From Azolla caroliniana (taxonomy: Eukaryota; Plantae; Polypodiophyta), in assembly GCA_043228905.1 (NCBI GenBank), contig JBHGNT010000008.1, forward strand, positions 9,734,001 through 9,798,000: DNA of 64,000 nt, given 5' to 3'. The first letter of the stretch is position 1. The number at the start of each line of letters is the position of its first letter. Below the pieces are notes generated by a model. It had not been told where the DNA came from, did not search any database, and saw nothing but the letters and a program-made list of their open reading frames with translations. The position numbers were made by a program, and so were the translations under genes. Positions 24,501 to 36,019 of the stretch are shown in pieces.

Positions 24501-25257
24501 CTTGGATGTTCGTCTTTAAAGTGCATGTACAATTCAGCCTACATCAACCAATATATATAGCAAACATTCATATACACTTGGTCAAAACAAAAATTTATGG
24601 AATGTGAATTGATATAAAAAAATGGAATACCTCCGTCATCTCCAAGAAGTGTCTATGGTGAATCTGGTACTTACCCTGACTTTTTCGTTGTCTACACACA
24701 TCCTTCTTATTTGGTGAGACACGGGTATTTTTTGCCCAAAATGAATCCACTTTCTCAATAATCTCTTGAGATAAGGCATCACATCATCGTCTACGTCCCA
24801 ACGCCAACCACTTGAATTGGCTTGAGTGTATATTTCGGTGATGTTTCCTCAAGTTCCTTCTTTGAATACCCAGGGCTAAGGCAACTTTAGTATCACTATA
24901 TTTTTTTTCTCTCGCACTGTTCACAACCATGTGTAGGGTTTCCCTCTTTGCAGCAAGTTTGTCTATGCTCTCTACACCTTTCACTAAGTCTAGGGATGAC
25001 TTCATAGACTCTACAATCTCTTCTGAAACACATTGGTCCCTAAATTTTATTCTCCCCATGTCTTCATTCAAACGTTGATGGTGTAACACTCTACGTATAA
25101 TATTCCTACGATCCTCTTCACCAAATCTCTTCGTTATTTCTACCAAATAATTGATTATGTGAAGAACCACTCGTCTTTTGGTCCTTTCAGATATACATGA
25201 GTTACTTGACAACTCACTCTCGTTGGGGATCCCCATTTGGTCACTAGATTTATCCAA
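21501..25257 (-). pseudogene. Sola2-like DDD transposase, 3 exons (~25257-24631, 24538-23580, 22386-21501), disabled
   Basis: Manual translation gives TCCCVYH, VIDFAENYTFKVQNEVQSMHW (DFAENY at 23873-23890), ILDDKKHDTLFVQH, WVWSAGAAS*FK (the usual WSDG Asp is Ala here), WNYFGSGHGKEEHDGAGAVIKR and CFCSMC. Intron 24630-24539 is GT-AG. Intron 23579-22387 has a GC donor and an acceptor reading CAT. Several in-frame stops. Confidence 0.8.
22440..23370. repeat. Tandem array of ~120-bp units inside transposase intron 2
   Basis: About 8 copies of CATCC...AATACTGATTTAGTACAGATACAACAC...TGTGTCCATGGAGAACACTC...CATGGATTAAAAGATAATTAGTACAAACTC. Confidence 0.9.
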
Positions 25258-25477
25258 AAAAATTAAGTGTCTTGCGAGAGTAGTTAATGTTATATAGACT
25301 ACACTAGGAAATCACAATCAAATGTTTTGAAATGCGGCCTGCAAAGTGAGAAATAATTCGTTTCGGACATTAGAATTACGGATCAAAGATGACAATTATC
25401 ATTTCTTTATTCACAAATTTCTAAAAATGAAAAAATTTAGTACTGAAAATGAAAAAATATTTCTGAATTTTAGTACT

Positions 25478-25735
25478 GGAAAGGAACCTGTAATGGTGGA
25501 GGGAGCGTTGAATCTGTGTGATATGCCGCCTCGATTTGGTGGAAGGAACCTCCAATGGTGGAGGGAACGTTAAATCTGTGTGATATGCCACCCCGATTTG
25601 GTGGAATGAACCTGCAATGGTGGAGGGAGCCTTGAATCTGTGTGATATGCCGCCTCGATTTGGTGGAAGGAACCTCCAATGGTGCAGGCAGCCTTGAATC
25701 TTTGTGATATGCCGCCTCGATTGGGTGGAAGGATC
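25478..25735. repeat. About 4 tandem copies of a ~62-bp unit upstream of the transposase
   Basis: GGAAGGAACCTCCAATGGTGGAGGGAGCCTTGAATCTGTGTGATATGCCGCCTCGATTTGGT is repeated. Confidence 0.9.
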
Positions 25736-26295
25736 CTCGCCTCGGTCGAAAAAGCCGAAAATCACTGTAAGATAAACTGCAATCAGTGGAAAAAGCAAGA
25801 AAATCGTTCTCGAAGAAGTCACTATTGGTTGTTATAAGAGGCCTCAGAACAGTCTCTAATCCTCAACTCAAACCCTAAAACAGAAACCCTAACAAAACAA
25901 GAAATCCGCAACTCAAAACCAAAAACCTGACATGGATGTCTGAGATATGATCCCTAAACCCTAACGAATGCTATACATTGGAGGAAAACCAGAAACTTGA
26001 CATGGATGTCTGAGATGAAGAGCTCAGAGGGATATAGGAAGAGGAGGAAGAGGAGTTGGTTTGAGGGGAAGCGCCAAAAATGATGTGAGGGGAAAATAAC
26101 CCCCAAAATGGAAAGAACATCTCCTCACGTGTTCCCCCCACTCCTTGTCTTAAATGACACTTGTACTACACTCACCCCACTCCCCAAAATCGATTTTTTT
26201 TTCTTAATTATTTAGTACTAACAGTATCGAAAGGACTGACATTTTTTGTGGCCAAAAACAATACTTTTCTGGTACACCATAGCGTGATTCCACCC

Positions 26296-27595
26296 TATTG
26301 GGAATTTCCAAGGGATGTAAAAGTCTTGCGGCTTTAAGTCGCTCGGTTTTGTTAACTTGACATTGGTGACATTTAGTCACAAAGCTATGTATGTCAGGAC
26401 GAATCTTAGGCCAATAGAAGTGAGTGGGGATGAGAATGAGTGTACTATGTATTCTAGGGTACCTTGTTGAGGGTGCATCATGCCATTCAAAAAGAATTCT
26501 CTTTTTGACCTCAGGCAAGTCTGGAACACAGACCTTCCCATTACGGTAGAGTAGACCATTAGCAATGTGGAAGGATTCCTTTGAGGATGTGGCGGTGTCT
26601 GTTCCAAACTCAACTCTTTCCCAGTATTTCGCAAAATAACTGTCATCAGGATACTTTCCTCGAAGGTGATCATAAAGATCTGATGTTATTTCAGTGAAGC
26701 TAAGCATGTTAACTTCACGGATGCGACTTAGTGCATCAACGACAGTGTTCATGGAACCTTTACAATATCATATGGAAAAATCAAAGTCCTGGATGAGATC
26801 AGCCCATCGTGCCTTACGACCTTTCAGGTCTTGTTGGTCACCAAAATATTTCAAGGACTCGTGGTCCGTAGTTACCACAAAGCGATTCCCATAAAGATAA
26901 TGGCGCCATGTTTTGAGCGCATGTATAATTGCAAATAATTCCTTTTCTTAAACGGTATACTGACATTGAGCAGAATCAAGTTTTTTACTCTTGAATTCTA
27001 TTGGTTTACCATCTTGATATAAGACAACATCTATAGCATAATCGCTTGCATCGGTTTCAACTTCAAAAGGTTTTGAAGGATCGAGTAAAAGAAGCGAAGG
27101 AGCCTTGCACACTAGGTCCTTGAGTTCCTTAAAGGCGAGGTCTAGTGTAGCATTCCACACAATAGGTTTTGTAGACTTATGTGTTAGACCTTTTAGAAGA
27201 TTAGTAAACGACATCGTCAATTGGGAGTAATTACGAAGGGATTTTCACTAAAACCCGACAAAACCAAGGAATGATCGAAGTTCTCAAATATTTCGAAGAG
27301 TGGGCCAAAGTTTGATTTTCTCGATGCGAGAAGGATCAATTTCAACTCCTCCTTCGATTATGAGATGTCCAAGATAGGCAATTGATTTCTTGGAGAACTA
27401 ACATTTTGAGATCTTCGCGTAGAATTGCTTGTCGCACAATGTTTGTAAAACAAAGCGGACATGTTTAGCATGTTCTTCTAATGTACGACTATAAACTAAA
27501 ATATCATCCAAGAAAATAATGACAAATTTTCCAAGTTGTTCTCGGAAAATGTCATTCATTTCTTGTTGAAATGTGGCCGAAGCATTGGTCAAAGC
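26296..27595 (-). pseudogene. pol: B' RT C-terminus, RNase H and integrase zinc finger
   Basis: [15 protein letters not shown] and a degenerate HHCC zinc finger ending CHQC; near-identical to B 17345-18625. Confidence 0.9.
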
Positions 27596-30500
27596 TGTCA
27601 CGGATGAACAATTGGAGAAAAAGAGATGGAGAAGTTGATGAGATAGGGAGATCGAGAAGGAGTAAAAATATCTATTCCATGACATGTTTTGATCTCCTTC
27701 ATGTTAACAAGGGAGATCAACCCTTTTTATACATGTAGTGATGCATGATAAGCATGCTCATGCGAAATCTTACATACTATAATATCAAGCATACTAATTC
27801 TTGCATATCAAGTCTTACATACTGAGTCTTACATACTGAGTATTACGTAATGGGTCTTACATACTGGGTCTTACATATTGAGTCTTACATACCACTTTTT
27901 ATACAAAAGTTTGAAGTCTAAAGTTTGTCTTGGAGAAATATATATATATACAAGGCCCTAAGGTTCACATTTGAATCGATGTTCATGACATTATCCTCCC
28001 CTTGAGTGCCGACTTCAAAAAGGTTCAGGTTTGTAAGGATATCGGAGATGAAAGTCATGAACAACTTCTGGGGCATTTAGTAAATTTCTAACGGGCTCCC
28101 ATGTAGCCTCAGAGATGGGATATCCTTTCCATAATACAAGATACTGGAGCTTTTGTCGGCTCTTCCACGAGTCCAGAATGGTCTCGACTTCATACTCATC
28201 CACGGTTGCCAAAGCCACAAGGGGAGGTGGTTCGATGTTTCTTCTTGGAATTGAGGATGGATGATAGAATTCAAGAAGTGATGCATGGAAGACATTGTGA
28301 ATTCGGTAATGTGATGGAAGAGCAAGACGGAACAGGGTTGACTTTATCAATGATGTAGAATGGACCCAACTTTTTGTAATCAAGTTTGTTTCATGGGCGA
28401 GTTGTCGGAATATGTCGATGTAATATCCAGACCATGTCACCGACTTTAAAACTAGGTGAAGCCCGTCGATGTTGATAAGCCTTCTCTTTGTGTTGTTCTT
28501 GAGCAATGGAGAGTTCTAGGGATAGGTCATGATGCACTTCTTTCATCAGATGAGCTAGTTCTTCAACAGATGGATTCACAAAACCGGCAAGGATAGCTAT
28601 GCTAAAGCGTGGGTGGAACCCATAATTTGAGAACAAGTGTGTTATGCTAGTTGATGTGTGGAGTGTATTGTTGTAAGCGAACTCAGCCATTGGAAGAAAT
28701 TAGATCCAATCATCTTGTTGATAACTTATCATACATCAGAGATATTGCTCTAGGATCTGATTTACTCGTTCCATTTGGCCATTTGTCTCAGGATGGAAGG
28801 TTGACGAAAATTTTGTGGAAGTTCCAAGAGTCTGGAAGAGGCGCTTCTAGAAATGAGACATAAATTGGGGACTACGATCAGAGATAATGTCATCCCGTAA
28901 ACCATGAAGGCGTACAATATTTGTTAACAATAGATCTGTTGTTTCCATCCCTGAAATTGCTTTAGAACATGGAATAAAATGTGTCATCTTTGTGAATCTA
29001 TCCACCACAACCAATACTGAATTGAATCCCTCAATGTCGGGAAGGTCGGTGATAAAATCCGTCGAGATGGAGGCCCATGGCTTACTTTGAATTGGCAATG
29101 GTTGAAGTAGACCATAGGGACGATGATGTACTACTTTGGCATGGGCACATGTATCACATGTTTTCGCAAATTGTTTAACAAGTTTCCAAGGTTGCGGCTA
29201 CCAATAACTTCTAGAGATTAACTCCAAAGTTTCTGCAACGCCAAAATGTCCAACTACGGCGTCATCATGGCATTCCTTCATGATACAGATACGACAAGGA
29301 CCATCTAGGACATACATTAAGTTGTTCTGGAAAAGAAAACCATCTCGAAACATAAATTGGTCTTGACTATTCTGTACCTCCTTTATGGTTGATTTGTTGA
29401 CTCGATTCTCCTTAATTTCTTTTGCAAATTTGTCAGTGGCAGTATCTATGGCTATTGCGTTGAGTAATGATTCATCCGCACTCATATAAGCTACAAAGAG
29501 TTGAATCTTATGTGTCTGTAGGAGATAACGTGATTGTTGATTGTAGGTCTCATCTCCTGGTCGGATTTCGAATTCCGAACGCCGAGATAGGGCATCAGCT
29601 TTACCATGTTGGGCACCGGGACGAAAAACAATTTCAAAGTCGTAGTTATCCAAGGAGGTTGACCATCGCGCTTGCCTCCGGTTCAGAATGTGAGTAGCGG
29701 TGAAGTAGACGAGGTTCCTGTGATCAGTGACCACCTGGGCACGTTGTTGGGCGCATGCTAAGTAAGGACACCATTCTTCAAAGGCTGCAATAATGGTAGA
29801 GAGTTCTTTGTCATAAACTGGGTAGTTGATCTCGGGAGGTGTGAACTTCTGAAAATAAAAGGTACACGATGAAGAATCCCATTGTTATCTGATCGAGAGA
29901 GAATGACAACGATGGCAAAGTCAAAAGCATAAGTTTCAATCATAAATGGTTTGGTCAGATCTGGGTGTAGAAGTACCGGAGCCGAGGTAAAAGCTTTCTT
30001 TAGTGTCTCGAATGCTAGTTGGGTTGTAGGAGTCCAACAAAAAGGGGAATCCTTCCTAGTGAGTGCTATAAGTGGTTGTGCCAATATTGAGAATCCTTGA
30101 ATGAATCGACCATAGAAGTTCGCAAAACCCAAAACTGATTGCACATCCTTGACCCTTGTGGGGAATTCCCACTCTTGAACCCTTTCGACTTTCCTCTCAT
30201 CCATAGTGAGCCCATCAGATGACTGAGGTTCGATCAAACTCGCACTTCTCGGGTTTCGCATAAAGTCCATGTTCCCGAAGTTTGGACAAGATAAGTCAAA
30301 CGTGCTTGGTGTGCTCTATGTAGTCTGTGAGAAGATAAGTATATCGTCAAGATAGATGACCACAAATTGGTCTAGATATTCATCATATGCTAGAAAATGG
30401 CAGGAGCATTTGTGAGACCAAATGACATTACCATGTATTCAAAATGCCCATACCGGGTTCAAAATGTTGTTTTCCACTCATCTCCAGGCTTGATACGCAC

Positions 30501-31043
30501 CATGTTGTAGGTGCCTCTGAGATCGATTTTGGAGAATATACACCCAGCCTGAAGTTGGTTGAGGAGTTCAGGAATTAGAGGTAGTGGATAGTGGTTTCGA
30601 ACCATGATTTGATGGAGCCCGCGATAGTCAATACATAGGCGTAACGTTCCATCTTTCTTTTTGACAAATAGAATAGGAGAGCCAGCTGGAGATTTTGAGT
30701 GGCGAATGAATCCCTTTGCGAGATTCTCTTCAATGTATATTTTGAGGGTCTTGAGTTCAAGTTTAGATAACCCATAGATAGGGCCAAATGGAGGACAAGC
30801 ACCATCTTTCAAGTCAATCGGACAATCATATGGGCGATGTTAGGGTAAGCGATCATCATTTTTCTTCTCAAATACATCAGAGAATCATTGTATTTTGATG
30901 GAAAAGAGCTAGTACATAGAGTAGTATCTAGAGTGGACATGACCGCCATGTCCTTAGAATTAGAAATGGATGCAATCAACACTGTATCGCTTACCCGAGC
31001 AAGAGTTGGAACTGTTTCCGAGGCCAACACGGAACTAGCTATC

Positions 31044-31797
31044 TGTTAGGAAACAGGTCCCTCCGGATGGGAAGTGAGAAGAACAGTACTGATGAGCAAA
31101 TCGGATGTGGAAGACCCGGCTATGGAAGACCCGGTGAGAACCGGATGACGAGTACCCAACAAGAGCCAGATGGTGAAGACCCTATGAGAACCGAATGACG
31201 AGTACCCAACAAGAGCCAAATGGTGAAGACCCGGTGAGAACCGGATGTGGAGTACCTGGCAACGGAAGACCCGGGGAGAACTGGATGACGTGTGCCCGGC
31301 AAGCGCTGGATGATGCAGGCCCGGTGAGGAGTGCTCACCGGATGAAGGGACATATTCGTAAATATGTTTCTAAGAGTCCATCGGGACTATATTTGTAAAT
31401 AGCCCAAAAGTCATATTAGTATAAATATGACTTAGGGCAAACTTATGATGATGTTGTTGTCATTCTTGTTGGTGCAAGATTAGAGCGTGCAACTGTGTAC
31501 AGAGAGAGTGAGAGAGAGGAAGAGGTCGTTGCCTGTGTTGTAACCGCCGCCTGTGGCGAAGATAGAAAGCTCGAGGTCATTGTTTCGGTGCTTTACCATT
31601 TGTACATTCTGACATAGTGATAGTTTGCAGTCTGTGGGCTGCCGTGGTTTTTTCCCTAGTTTGGGTTTTCCATGTTAACATCCTGTGTACTCTTCTCTCC
31701 ATTGTGCCGTGCATTCATTCCCCGTTTTTTCTATGTTTTTTTATTCTAAGCTCGGTTGTGGCCGAGCGTTGTTCATTGGGAGCGTGTGTTCCTGTCA
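31044..31797 (+). mobile_element. Solo LTR (probably Ty1/copia type) inserted in element C
   Basis: TG...CA ends, TSD CTATC/TTATC (1 mismatch), internal 48-bp tandem repeats, TATAAATA at ~31420 and a CCGTGGTTTTTTCCC...GGGTTTTCCA U5-like motif. Confidence 0.75.
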
Positions 31798-32252
31798 TTA
31801 TCGATGTTGTTTCTATTGGAGCAACTCTTGACATGGTTCTCGCTGAAGAGGAAATGGGGGAGACCGATAACCTAGTCCTCACCAGAGCAGAAACATGAGT
31901 GGGAGCAACCATTGACGTGGTCCTCACTGGAGCAGAAACTGGAATCAGAGCAACCATTGATGTGGTTCTCATTGGAGCAGAAATGGGAGTTGTCCCCGAA
32001 ACATGAGTGGGAGCAACCTTTGAGACGGTCCTCACCAGAGTAGGCGGCCAAACAAATGGCGGAGCATTGGCTAGAAGAAGGGTGGACGTAATCCCTTGTG
32101 AGTGAAAATTCGAGGTGAAGTTAATGGAGCGAGATCGCCAATCCACGGCTGGATTGTGAGTCTCAAGCCATGATAACCGCAAGATGATAGCATGTCGAGG
32201 TGATGTGATGAGGTTAAAAGTGATTTCTTCCTGGAGGGCTCCTATGTGGAGA

Positions 32253-32672
32253 CCCAAGGGAATTCGACTATCGATCACTTCAATTGGAATCGGGACGGTT
32301 ATTTTGTTGCTTGGAGTGTTATGTTTCCATGCAAACATGATGTCAATAAAGCACAACGTAGCCCCAGAATCCAACAAAGCTTTTGTCTTCAGAGTGGTAG
32401 AGCCAAAATTGAAGAGTGATCGGAAGCGTGAAGCTTGTTGTCGAGGAAGTCGGTTGATTGGACCCAAGGGAATTCGACTGTCGATCACTTCAATTGAAAT
32501 CGGGACGGTTATTTTGTTGTTTGGAATGTTGTGTTTCCGTGCAAACATGATGTCAATAAAGCACGACATAGCCCCAGAATCCAACAAAGCTTTTGTCTTC
32601 AGAGTGGTAGAGCCAAAATCGAAGAGTGATCGGAAGCGTGAAGCTTGTTGTCGAGGAAGTCGGTTGATTGGG
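32253..32672. repeat. In-frame ~210-bp tandem duplication of the protease N-terminal half in C
   Basis: GPINRLPRQQASRFRSLF...ALLDSGA...IDSRIPLG occurs twice in ORF 31715-32713. Confidence 0.9.
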
Positions 32673-34148
32673 CCCTTGACATAACTGTCGACTCTTGTGG
32701 TCCAGATACACAACCCCTACTGCAATTGGACATTGGAGTTTTCCTGTTGGCAGAAAATGTCAACCCCATCCACATGATGTGGTGTTTGATGGGGTCCCTT
32801 TTTGGGGGAAGAGTAGATCAAATGGTCAGGGCCTCCACAATAGAGACATAAATTGTTGGCCCGTCGACGTTGTCGTTGCGTGTTAGTAAATGGTCAGTAG
32901 CGAATTCTATCAATCTCCATCGGCGAGCTAGAATCTATGGCGGGAGTTGAAGATGAAGTGGAGGATGACATAGGAGACGGGGTCGTCAACCATGGTAGGT
33001 GACTTCGCGTAGTGGCTGGCCAAGGTGGATGGATCCGGTGAGGACTTTCCTCTTGCCGGAACTCAAAGAGACGGTTATCGCAACGCACAGCTTGGGAAAT
33101 AGCCTCATTCAAAGTTAAAGAATTTTTATCTCACCTCATAATCCTCGGTGGAATTGATCGAGGGCTTGTCTATCCCACTCGACATCGCACGTGAGCTGAC
33201 GAAATTCGTATGCATGCATTGATGGCGCACAATCTCCTTATTGTAACGCATATAGTTTGTTCAGTGTGGCTTGTCGTTTGTTGGTCTCCCCAAAAGTTGC
33301 CTCCACTTCGGTAAGAAATGCTTGGAAGTCATTCAAGAGAGGCGAAAAGGTCTCCACTAGAGCGGCAAACCAAGCTTGTGCTTGTTCTATCAGCAACGTG
33401 CTGAAGATGAGCCCAACTTGTCGAAAGTCATCAGAATAGCGTCACGGCTGAAGATGAATAATAAGGAGGATTTGGTTGATGAAACCTCTTAGCCATGACC
33501 TTGTTCCATCGAATTTTTCTGGCAAGCTAACATTGGGTTCTACATCATGAGGGTCAACAATCGGGTGAGGTATAACCGTTGTGGTTGCCTGAAGTTCTTG
33601 AATAGAGTTTCGCAAGTTCGCATTCTCATGTTGGAGTTGTTGCACGACCGCCAAAATTTGCTCAAGATTACTAGATGATTCTGATAGGATAGTGTATTGA
33701 GAAAGAAGAAAAGAAGGAAAGAAGGAAGGATATCAATTTGTCACGGATGAACAATTGGAGATAAAGAGATGGGGAAGTTGATGAGATAGGGAGATCGAGA
33801 AGTTGATGAAAATGAGTAAATATATCTATTCCATAACTGGTTTTGATCTCCTTGATGTTAACAAGGGAGATCAACCCTTTTTATACATGTAGTGATACCA
33901 TGATAAGCATGCTCATGCCAAGTCTTACATCCAATAATATCAAGCATACTAATTCTTGCATATCAAGTCTTACATATTGAGTCTTACATACTGAGTCTTA
34001 CATAATGAGTCTTAGATACTGGGTCTTACATATTGAGTCTTACATACCACTCTTTATACAAAGGTTTGAAGTTTAAAGTTTTTCTAGGAGAAATATATAT
34101 ATACAAGGGCCTAAGGTTCACATTCGAGTCGATGTTCATGACAAAAGC

Positions 34149-35408
34149 AAAAGGCATAACCAAAAACTCATAATGGCCATAGCGCGTACGAAATGTCATT
34201 TTGGGAACATCGTCCTGACTTATATGAATTTGATAGTAGCCCGTACGAAGATCAAGTTTCATAAAATACCAAGCTCCTTGGAGACGGTCAATTAGATCGT
34301 CAGCCCGGGGCAATGGATATGAATTCTTGATCGTCACTTTATTCAGGCGGTAGTAATTAATAGACATACGGCATGTGCCCTCTTCTTTTTTCCCCAAGAG
34401 AACAGGTGCATGGCATGGAGAATTACTATAACGTATATAACCCATTCGTAAATAGTCCTTGAGTTGCTTAGATACCTCATCCTCTTCGGATCGACTTAAG
34501 CGATAAGGAGGTATACTTATTGATGCAACACTAGGTACAATATCTATACTATGGTCTATATTATGTTTCGGAGGTAACCCATGTGGTAGTTCATTTAGAA
34601 AAACATCACGAAAATCATTTAAGATTTCATCGAGTTGTTGTTGTTCAAAATATGATAATTAAACTGAGACATTATCAATATTGTAAATGTGAATGTTCGG
34701 ATCAAGTACACAATAATATAAAGTAGAACAAGACAACTCGGATATTGATGGAGAGGAAACAATCAAAAGATATTGTTTTTTAACACATTGAATAAAATGA
34801 GTACAATCGTTCCGTACAAAAGTAATTGAATGATGAACCCAATCAATAGATAAAGAAGAGTTTTTATTAAAAAACCAGGGATAACCGAGTATTACATCAG
34901 TGGTAGAAAGACTCATTCCAAGGAAGTCTACTTCCTCTATATAAGTATTAATAGAAATTCCTAATGAATGAATCACCCCATTGATGTATTGTACTCTTCC
35001 ATCAGCCAAGTGCACCTTATAGGTGTGATCACTTATGATGGGTTGGATTCGCAATATCTAAACCAAACGATCATTGACAAAATTGTGTGAGCTTCCCGAA
35101 TCAAATAAAAATTGTACGGGAGATCCATTGATATACCCATTTGCACGTACTAAATCATTGGGTCCCAATACATAGTGAGGGAAAGAACATTGACAATTAC
35201 TTAAATGATGTGTATAGACCTCAAGGACATTAGGAATCTGACCTTTATGGTCTGCAACTTTTGCTTTGTTGTCGTGCTCTTTCCGTTGGAGTTTTCGACA
35301 TTGTTCCTTTGTATGACCGTTCTTTTTGTAGAATACGCAAAAAGGATATTGTCGCTTACAATCGCTTTCCATGAATTCGTTGGGTGTTTTTGTTTCCCAA
35401 CGAATTGT
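34149..35408 (-). pseudogene. pol: B' zinc knuckle, protease and RT N-terminus
   Basis: [27 protein letters not shown]. Confidence 0.9.
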
Positions 35409-35902
35409 TGTTAACCGTTTCTGGGAAAACACCTTCGATGAGCCCACAGGCTATCGGTGTCAAGGGATCGTGTTACGTGGAAGTCTCCTCTACACGGGGA
35501 GAAGAAAGGAGAACAAGGAGCGTACATGGCTACAACCCGTTAGGCATAAACGTAGCTTGATTTACGAGTATGGGGAGAATACATAGATAGAAGAATAAAA
35601 ACGAAACTTATATTAAATAATGAAGTTCACAGTGATTACAGTACTCGGCCTCAACCGGAAACAGTTTGTATAGAACATGTTGTTGTGATATTACTTTCGC
35701 TAAGAACGAACTAGATCAATCCCCCCTTGAGGTATGCATAACTCGGGTTATATAGTTTTCCTCTTGAGTCAGAGCCGAGCCATCGGCTAATTATGAGAGC
35801 TAAAACACTACTATTTCTAGTCTTACCTATTTCCTCACCTACTCTTCTACCTAACGGCGAGTTTACATAATATATTTATATTTCTGGCCTATGGACAACA
35901 CC

Positions 35903-35945
35903 TGGCACGCCCGTGGGATAGGACTTTGTCCGTCGGACTCACGGT
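35903..35945 (-). ncRNA. tRNA-Arg 3'-half-like element at the PPT position of D
   Basis: Minus strand reads CCGTGAGTCCGACGGACAAAGTCCTATCCCACGGGCGTGCCA-GG-[LTR]. Function is inferred. Confidence 0.6.
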
Positions 35946-36019
35946 TCACAATGTGGGGGATACCCATGGATTTGGCAAAAACAAAACAAATTACAAAAAT
36001 TGCCCGTTTATACGAGGGC

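Larger units (their letters stand above)
1..26295 (-). mobile_element. Large Sola2-like cut-and-paste DNA transposon; right terminus at 26295, left end outside the window; interrupted by retroelements A and B
   Basis: Contains a Sola2-type transposase (21501-25257). The right end reads GGGTGGAATCACGC on the minus strand (GRG-type terminus). It abuts TATT (26296-26299), where the B' integrase resumes exactly (GAAATTCCCAATA; compare the uninterrupted GAAATTCCCAATAATAAG in copy B at ~18615). The TIR and TSD cannot be confirmed because the other end is outside the window. Confidence 0.7.
28015..33680 (-). pseudogene. Element C gag-pol with chromodomain
   Basis: LPEKFDG (Gag), LLDSGA (PR, present twice), [24 protein letters not shown] and the chromodomain YEVETILD...YLVLWKGY...ATWEP. 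Confidence 0.92.
27596..34143 (-). mobile_element. Element C: Tcn1-type chromovirus, full length and decayed
   Basis: LTRs 27596-27990 and 33739-34143 (TGTCA...TGACA). Perfect TSD AAAGC. PPT AAGGGGAGGA on the minus strand at ~27994-28003. No tRNA PBS. Confidence 0.93.

Noticed and set aside
1-26295. Classification as CACTA, suggested by the two-gene layout and internal repeats
   Set aside because: The terminus is not CACTA/CACTG, and the DFAENY, WSxG and HGK..DG motifs fit Sola2 rather than TnpD.
35903-35918. Reading TGGCACGCCCGTGGGA as the normal PBS of a plus-strand element, or D as a chimera of two opposed elements
   Set aside because: The LTRs are direct repeats with a TSD, all D ORFs and the TATA are on the minus strand, a PBS lies before gag, and E has the same motif at its 3' end.
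35915-35945. TGAGTCC-GAC-GGAC-AAA on the minus strand resembles hammerhead ribozyme stem II
   Set aside because: It lacks the CUGANGA and GAAA core, and the equivalent region of E does not fit.
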